Assembly: GCF_009914755.1 (NCBI RefSeq)
Contig: NC_060936.1
Strand: one strand, 5' to 3'
DNA: 64,000 nt
From: the human T2T-CHM13v2.0 reference genome, Homo sapiens
Below the pieces are notes generated by a model. It did not search any database. It was not told the origin of the DNA and saw only the letters and a list, made by a program, of their open reading frames with translations. Below are positions 55,510 through 64,000 of this stretch, in pieces; positions within the stretch are counted from its first letter, which is position 1, and every line of letters begins with the position of its first letter. Position numbers and translations under genes: made by a program.

Positions 55510-55685
55510 GATACTGTGTGATGCTATATATTTACTTATTAATTGACTACCTGTCTCTCTACCACATAAGTTTCAAAAGGGAAAGTTTTGGTCCATTTTG
55601 TTCAGCTCAGTATTCCCAGCACCTGGAGTAATATTGAGAACATCCAAGAAATTCAGAACGTATTTGTTGAATAAATACATTAATA
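55510..55685 (+). mobile_element. L2 3' end
   Basis: ttgttcagctcagtattcccagcacctgga...tatttgttgaataaat. Confidence 0.65.
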
Positions 55686-56082
55686 TAGAAATGTATCCTA
55701 AAATCTGGTGATCTCAGGGTTACCAAATAGCTCTTTCATCAACTAAACGGAGATCCCTGAGAAAATCCACAGGTTGCCACAGGATGTGGGAAAATCCATG
55801 CTTCCTAAATTTTATCCCAGCTCTAACTTGTTCTTTGCTTTCTCCTTGCTCCTCTAACATGTTAGGTGACTAAGTGTAGATACTAGCAGCAATGAACAAA
55901 GTAACCCATTCCCTGCGTTTGCGGGTTTTACCCTCTGTAAGCTTATAATATATTAACAAACAAGTCAAGGCAAACATTTAGTAGGTATAGCATGATACTG
56001 TAGAATTTGATGACAAATGATAAGTCCTGAAGAGTTCTTTCAGTGGTTTCCCACTTATTCGGATAAGTTTGCTATTTAATTA

Positions 56083-56479
<397 letters not shown>

Positions 56480-56939
56480 CTATTCATTTTATTAATTTCA
56501 ACTTGAAAATGCAGACCTTTATGGCTACACAAAGAATGTGAAATAATTTTGCCAGAACTGCTGCATTTCTTGTCTACTAAGAAAATTGCACTAAAGCTAC
56601 AGCTGAATAATTATGTTGAAATTCCACTTCACATTGTGGCAGCAATAAACTCTGATGATGCTTTGTTTTCCCCACCAATAGAGTAGGGCAGTCTTGGGGA
56701 GAATGTTTTAAAACCACTTAGGCCTGTGATATTTCTCTACTACCTGCACCTATGGCAAACTAATTTTGTCTTTGGATTATCCAAATTTCTCTAACATTCC
56801 CATAGCCCTTGATTTAAAGAATGAATAAAGGCATTTTTCTAATGCAAATTATCTTCAGACTCTGCCTATATAAACAAAATCAATGTCTGAGATACTTAGC
56901 TAGATAATTCAAATTTAGGACACACTTTGACTCTTAGAA

Positions 56940-58110
56940 CTTATTTTTCATAAATGGGAAAGAGAGCTAAGACATACGAAAAATTAGTAAAATATAAACT
57001 ATGTTAGATGGTGATAAATGCCAATGAGAAGACACCGAACAGGAAAGGAAATATGAAATGAAGACGTAATATAGTTTTAGGGAGAATGGCCTAACACAGT
57101 CTCACAGAGAAGGTGCATTTTGGTAAGCACATGAAGTGAGGGATCTGGGTGTTCAAGTGTTTGGGGGAAATGATTTCAGGCAGAGAAAACAGTAAGTACA
57201 AAGGCCTCTCAGGAGTGTGCCTGGGCCTTCAAGGAGCAGCAAGGGGATTAGTGGAGCTGGAACAACTTGAGACAGAAGAAAAGGGGGTCAGAGAGATGGA
57301 GGAGGGAGGTAGCGTGCTGCAAATGATAAGGATGGTGTAGGTTGTAAGTAGGACTTCATTGAAAAATTTCGTGCAAAGAAATGACATGATCTGATTTACA
57401 TTTTAAAACAATTGCTTTGCCTGCCATATTGAGAATAGACCATAGCTCAGAACAAGGGTAGAAGCAAGGAAAGCAGGTAGAAGGCTCTTGCATAACCCAG
57501 ATGCAAGGTGATGATAGCTCTGCAGGCAGCGTTAGAGTTAAGAAATGCTCTATTTATGAAAGTAGAGTCAAACAAATGCACCAATGGGCCACACATGGCA
57601 TTCATGGGAAAGAAATGGGTCACGAATTACACAAAAGATAATAGCCTAAGCAACTAAGAAAAATAGAGTCCCATTAACTTAAATGAGGAAAAATCCAGGG
57701 GCACACAGGATTGGACAGTAGTAATATTATTAGTTCAGTTTTGATCATGCTGAATTTGTGATGCTTATTTGATATCCAAGTGAAGATAACAAACAGATAG
57801 GCAGATATATAAGTCTAGAGCTGAGAAAAAAAGTCTAGGCAGGAAAAATAAATGTTTAGAATCTAAATGGCATTGAAAGTCATGAGAGTGGATGAGATCA
57901 CCAGGGGGGTGAATGTAGATTGAGAAGATATCCATGGCTGGATCCCAGGGGCACTGTAGCCTTTAAGAGACAGGGAAATGATGAGGAAGCACTAAGAGAG
58001 GAGTTTCTATAAAGGTAGGAATATGCAGAAAATACATTTCCTGTCGGGGATTGATCATGTTTCAAAGATGAGGATAGGTAAAATGAGGTCTGAAAAAAAT
58101 GAGCATTGCA
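56940..58110 (-). mobile_element. L2 (L2a-like) fragment
   Basis: gatggtgataaatgc; gacatgatctgatttacattt; agttcagttttgatcatgctgaatttg; gagagtggatgagatcacc. Confidence 0.8.
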
Positions 58111-58799
58111 TCTTGCAAGCTAGGGCAGGTTTTCTGCATAAAAAGAGGTTATCTATCCAGATGAATTCACACATTACTGTAAAAATGAAGCTCCAAAGTT
58201 ACTATGAAAAGAGAGATGGAATTATTCAGTTAATTTTTTTTATTATATCTACTGCTCCCTCAAATTTACTGAGCCTAGACTCTGGGCACAGTGGCTGGTA
58301 GATTAGCGTTAGCATCAGAGAATTGCATACAAATCACCATCTTTAAAATAAACTATTGGTATTTGTAGAATGCTCAAAGCTTACAGTGGGTTGCAAGTGC
58401 ATTATTGAATGTGTACTATTCAATATATAGGAATAGTAAATATTGTCACAATTAATGTGATCTAAAAGATATGGTGCCCAGTCTCACTTTGCATGCATTA
58501 GAAATGAAATTTAAATCCTGTCATCTTACTCCAAAAGCCTTTCTCTTCCTCTTATATTACGCAGCTGCTTTTGCATAAGGATGAGTCCACTGATTCAAAA
58601 AAAAGTATATGTGTGTGTATGTGTGAATATATATGTATATGTATGTGTTTGTATATTTGTGTATATGTCTCTGTGTATGGGGGTATTTGTTGTTGTTGTC
58701 AGTGTTTCTCTGCTTTCTAGTGATCTGTCCACATTCTCTCAATCATTTTCCCCATAACCACCAGCAAGCAATCATCTGGGAATGAGAAAGTGGTTGGTC

Positions 58800-58990
58800 T
58801 GCTGCAGCAGAAAAAGCAAGAGCTTTGGAAGCAGAAATTAAAACTTCAGCTCTTGCAATTTCTACAGTGTGACCTTGGTCTCATCACTTATCATTTCTAG
58901 CCTCATTTTCTTTGTCTGCATGATGCAGATTGTCATATCTACTGTAAAAGAGTTTAAGCAGTCAAGACACACAATATGTAAAGTCTTCCA
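58800..58990 (+). mobile_element. MIR
   Basis: agagctttggaagcaga...gtgtgaccttgg...cctcattttctttgtctg. Confidence 0.65.
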
Positions 58991-60489
58991 CCTAACCCCT
59001 TGGAGACTAGGCTGATTCCCATTCATATGTTCTTCCATACCACTGATTCATAGCATTTATCACACTCCATTGTAGCTGTGAGACTCCTGCCTTAGCATCT
59101 TGAAGACAAAGATGTTTTTTCCTGATTTGTCTCAAGAATTTAGTAAAATGATGGCTGAATAATAAAAGTATAAAACTCATGGCATAATTAAGTTTACAAT
59201 AAGTAATATTATTAATACCATTGTTATAGTATCTAGATCCACAAAAATCAAGCCTATGACTTTGGCCTCAATGACAAGGGAAGTTGATGATTAGAATTGC
59301 ATTGCCACAGCGTTTTGCATCCAATTTAGATCTTATATCTCTCATATGCCCATTATAACTAATGATCTCCTAAAGATAATTGAGTAATGCTGCTAGAATA
59401 AATCACTTTCCAACTAATCCTACAAGTTGGCATGACTCAAATTAAAGGTATCTAACTTCAGTTAGACACTCACTCAAGCTTACCATGGAACCTCATCTTT
59501 TCTAAGCTTCTGGGGCTACTTTTTCCTTTAATAACTATGAATCTCTATATCTGCTCATTTTAAAATAGAATCGAGTACATACTAATTGCTAAACAAATGC
59601 TTGTTAGGAGAATTAAAAAATAAACGAATGATTCATGAATGTGGCAATGATAATTATTACCAAAAAGCAAAATTTTTAAAAACAAATATTTTTTGTCGGT
59701 TATCAAATTCCAAAAGAATGGGGTTCCTGATTTTTTTCTATAAAGAACATAATCTTTTTTTCAGTAGTGCATGCATGCTGTGAAATGTTTTTGCTTATTA
59801 ATTTCCTCTTTACATTCAGTTTTTAGACAGCTGAAAATTATGAGTTTACAGAACAAGATGTACCTTTGGTTCTTATTTTATGGCCTAGTACTATGGAATG
59901 CACTATTACGAAAACAATTCTAAACTGTGCTTTATTATATTATATTGTGCAATTTATATTCAGAAGATACTATCAGCACCAGGGAACAGACAAATTTAAT
60001 AAAAGACACAGTGTTCCTGTTGTCCTAATAGTTATTAAAATGAAACTCTTTCCAGAAGACATTTATAGTGTCTTTTCAGCGATATTCTACATGCTTTGAC
60101 AGATCAATTGGGACCTATAGTTAGGAACAGAGACATCAGGGATGTTAGAAACATACTGTACTAAGCTAAAAGGAGCCTGTATAATCATCCAAACTAACTC
60201 CTTCATTTTACAGGGGAGGTCATTAGGCTAAGAGACACAAATTGATGCAATGTAATTTACACTTAAGTATGGCTAGAACTGAGGGCCCTGACATGTAATC
60301 AAGGATTCTTTCCACTTTTATTGTCATTAATGTTAGTAATCTTATAGGATATCCAGGCATTGCCAAATATAGCCATATCATCCCTAAAACAGCTCCAAAA
60401 GGCTCAGAGGAAAGATCTAGTTTTTACCGCCTTTTAAAGGAGAAACAATAGTCTTGAGAGGACAAATAACTTAGCAACTATCCACTATT

Positions 60490-60655
60490 ACCTTTATTAT
60501 TTACTTGTTTATGTATTTTTATCTATCTTTTGATAGAATATAAGTTCCATGAGAACAAGAGTGTGCTCATTTGTGGTAATGCTTAATTCTTTATGTTTAT
60601 AACATGTCTAACACATATAATTTATTCAATAAATATTTGTTAAATAAATATGGAC
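60490..60655 (+). mobile_element. L2 3' end
   Basis: tagaatataagttccatgagaacaaga...ttcaataaatatttgttaaat. Confidence 0.65.
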
Positions 60656-61204
60656 TTAGAGGCTGTAAAAATTTATTAAAACTTAGGACCAAGCTCTAGG
60701 ATGTAGTCAGAAATTATACACATACAAACACACACACATAAAACATAAGGCAGACTATACTAAATGGCAAAAGCAAATTGTAAGATCCTTGAAACAGTCA
60801 CCATGATTCTTGCAGCAAGAAGTATACAAAAATTGCTAAGTACCTATGAAACTTAAGTGAAGTTACAACTTAAGAAAAACATAGAGAATACTACATCATA
60901 ATTTTGTGACATCCTTCAGCTATGCTGAACGTCCTGGTACTGGAGGGTAGGGATTGGTAGAGTTGATATTGGAAAACCGAGTTCATCTGGAGTCTGTAGA
61001 GCGAATGGAAGCCATGGTAAATGTTGAAAGTATCTGAAAAAGTAACAAAATGCAGCCTGAGAAAATGATTAAGAGGTGTTTGAGGAAAAAAAAAAAACAC
61101 CGTTTTCAGAGATGTAGAGTAAAAATGATGGATAAATATTAAATAAGGAACTACTGAGAGTGAGAGATTGGTCTTGATACATGGTCATACCTTTGTGAAG
61201 AGAT

Positions 61205-61560
61205 GATAGAAGAAAAGAAAGGGAGGGATAGAAGGAAGGGAGGGAGGGAGGAAGGAAGGAAGGAAAGAAAGAAGGAAGGAAGGAAAGAAGGAAGGAAGGA
61301 AAGAAAGAAGGAAGGAAGGAAAGAAGGAAGGAAGGAAAGAAGGAAGGAAGGAAGGAAAGAAAGGAAGGAAGGAAAGAAGGAAGGGAGGGAGGGAGGGAGA
61401 GAAAGGGAAGAAGGAGGAAGTAAGAGTAAAGGGGAGAGTGAAAGAGAGAAGAAACAAAGGGAGGAGTGAAAGAAGGAAGAAAACAAAAGAAGGAGGAAGG
61501 GAGGGAGAGAGGAAGAAGAGAAAAGAAAGATGAGGCGAGAGAGAGAATAGGGAGGAAATA
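61205..61560 (+). repeat. GA-rich polypurine tract with a (GGAA/GAAA)n microsatellite
   Basis: About 350 bp of almost pure A/G, read directly. Confidence 0.95.
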
Positions 61561-61889
61561 AACTATTGGGGAGATACCTACTCTACACCCAATGCTGTAT
61601 ACACAATGCTTTTACATGCACTTTTATTATGTTTTTACATACATTTTTATTTTAGTCCTCGCTAAAACTCTCCGTTTTTAGATAACATTAATGCTCAAAG
61701 GAGCTAAGCTTCCAAATATAAACAGAGGTGGAGTAGAGACGATATTTATTTAGAGTCAATCAGCTCCAAAGCCATGTACTGCACATAATTTCAATTCATT
61801 TTGTTCAATTGCTTTATACAGGTTTACTTTTTTTAAGTGAAAGGAAGTTTATTAAGAAAGTAAAGGCATCACATTTTGTTTTTATTTAG

Positions 61890-62100
61890 GCTTTAGTGAT
61901 TACAGAGCATTTTCACATGATAACTTTGTTGTATCTTTATAATAATCTTACGAAGACATGTCCTTATCTCTATTTTACAAGTGAAGAATCTGAAGATCAA
62001 ACAGGTGATTTACTTTGTCTAAGGGTGCATACTTATCAGTGGCAGAATAAGGATCAAACCCCTGTCTATGGCTCTCAATTCATGATCCTTTCTATCATCA
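61890..62100 (-). mobile_element. MIR
   Basis: ttacagagcattttcacat...tattttacaagtgaagaatctgaag...agtggcagaataaggatcaaaccc. Confidence 0.7.
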
Positions 62101-62875
62101 TCCATAAGGAAATCCATCACATGATTTAAAGCATATCCACACCCACACAGTGCCATGTATCTTTTGAATTTGGTCTTCATAAATACTCAGGAAGGAAATA
62201 TATTTTCTCACCTTTCATAGGTGACCAAACTGGCACAGATCTCTACTAAGAATACTATTTAAAAGGGGAAAGTAGATAATAAATTTGAAAATCCAAAGAC
62301 AGAGGTAAAGATAGAAAGAAATGCTTCTCAGGATATAAAGGGCAATGTTTTTCTTATTTAGAAATGTCATGTCATTCCTTATTCCAAAATTAACTAAAAT
62401 ATTACTTTATGCTTCTCTTCACCACTCATAATTATCCTTTAATTATATTCAATAAGTCAGAAAATATTGAGGCGTTTTTATAGAACAGTAATAAACCCAG
62501 TCTGTGACTATGAGCTTAGGTCTTTCACTAGCTCATTAGATGACTCTGAGATAATTTCTTGGCTTCCTTCTCCCTCATCAACTTAATGCTACTTGCCAAT
62601 ATGCCCAGGAAATGCATGGAAGAAGTAGGATGATTGTGAGACTCCTCGTTTACAAAATGCTCTTAGAAAATCTGTATAGATGCCAACATTAGCGTGGAAT
62701 TCTTTCAACAATGTGTTTTTAAAAGTTAGAAGCAGAATTGAATTCATTTTGCCAGTTTAGAAGATACAACTTTTCTAAAAACACAAACAAAATTAACATT
62801 TACCTGAATATTCCAAAATATTCACAGCATGTGTCTGGAACTTTAGATTCTTCTCTATTGTAATATTTAGGGTAT

Positions 62876-62990
62876 TGTATTAGGTTCTCCAGAGTAACAG
62901 AAGGAAAGAGGAAACTATGTGCATATATATGTGTGTAGATGCATTTTGCATGTGCATATACACATATATATGCATGATATGTGCCCTTAA
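62876..62990 (-). mobile_element. MLT2-like LTR terminal fragment with a TA/TG tract
   Basis: tgtattaggttctccagagtaacagaa followed by a tatgtg-rich tract. Confidence 0.5.
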
Positions 62991-62999
62991 AGTAAATTA

Positions 63000-63140
63000 C
63001 CTGTTTGGTTTTCAGTTTCTTCACTTGTAAAATAGAGATAAGGACAGATCTTCATAAGATTATTATAATATTGATACCAAACATATTTAGTACTTGACAA
63101 AGGTCCAAAGAATTGATAATCAGTAACATTTATTTGTTAG
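63000..63140 (+). mobile_element. MIR fragment
   Basis: tcagtttcttcacttgtaaaatagagataa. Confidence 0.6.
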
Positions 63141-64000
63141 AATAACTCTATAATATTAATGTTCCTTTTATTTTTACTATTCATTAATATTTTACTTAAA
63201 TCACCACTGATTAATTTTTTTCTTTTTCTTTTTTACTTTTTTCAAACCTTGTGGCATCTGGTGATAAATTAATTATGTAGAGATATATAATTGTATATAT
63301 AATTAATGTATTTAAAACATATTAATAATATGATTATTCCTATTTTATAAATGAGGAAACTGAAAGAGAAGTTAAGAAGTTTGCCCAACATTCTAGCATG
63401 GCCAGGACATGGTGCAAGCTGCCATGATAAAGTTGTTAAGTTTGCCACTAAGGCCAATTTATGCAGCCCTAGCACTCTTGGACAGGTGGGAAAGAGCTTT
63501 CAGGTGCCTGAAGCATACCTCTTCTGGAAACAAGAGAGCAGTAGTTTAGTGTATCATAAGGTTCCTCCTCCTATTAAGCAGCAAGATTCTTCAATAGTTG
63601 CTATTCTTTACTTGTCATCATCAAAGCTAAAATGCTGGCTAGAGGCCATATTTTATGCAGATTGCTTGAGTAAGCCAGTTTCTATGTTCCATCCACAAGT
63701 GGGGCATGGGGAATGTAACACAGAGGAAGAGATGAGCAATACCTGTATTCCACCTCAGCAGTCTGACCACAATCTACTCATTACTTCAGGCCTGACAACC
63801 CCCAGTTCTGGGAGGCCTTAGACTTAACCATGTCTGTTCCTACCTTGACATTTGGATGGAGGATTAAAATAGTTCTTTATATAATTGTATCTATGATATA
63901 GAAGAATAATATTCTATCATTCATTCATTCATCTATTTACTCAACATTCTATGTGCATAGAAGTTGATGAAGAGCTTTCACTCATAGCTAAGAGCATTAA

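Noticed and set aside
61151-61486. Lys/Glu/Arg-rich and Ser/Phe/Leu-rich ORFs
   Set aside because: Translations of the GA-rich microsatellite.
63351-63821. 156-aa ORF
   Set aside because: Starts within a MIR core (aaatgaggaaactga) and has no recognisable homology.

Overview
AT-rich, CpG-poor primate (human-like) genomic DNA, most likely intronic or intergenic. It is dominated by interspersed repeats: L2 and MIR, old L1M fragments, several L1PA copies, Alu J/S/Y, MaLR and ERVL LTRs (MLT1, THE1, MLT2A), and DNA-transposon fossils (MER58, MER112, MER44, Tigger). I recognise no host protein-coding exon, tRNA, rRNA or CRISPR array. The only ORFs with recognisable products are frameshifted LINE-1 ORF2 remnants; the rest are repeat-derived or chance ORFs. 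I found no convincing new biological system. The most interesting signals are mechanistic fossils and regulatory candidates. These include an L1PA2-like element with a micro-inverted, duplicated 5' junction fused in frame to a flanking ATG; a twin-primed L1 with a fold-back duplication around an AT microsatellite; a complete THE1 element with intact DUX4 motifs; an (RCCCC)10 G4-capable array; complex micro-duplications; and a few repeat-free enhancer-like blocks. Family and subfamily names come from recalled consensus sequences, not a database search. Boundaries of old elements are approximate.
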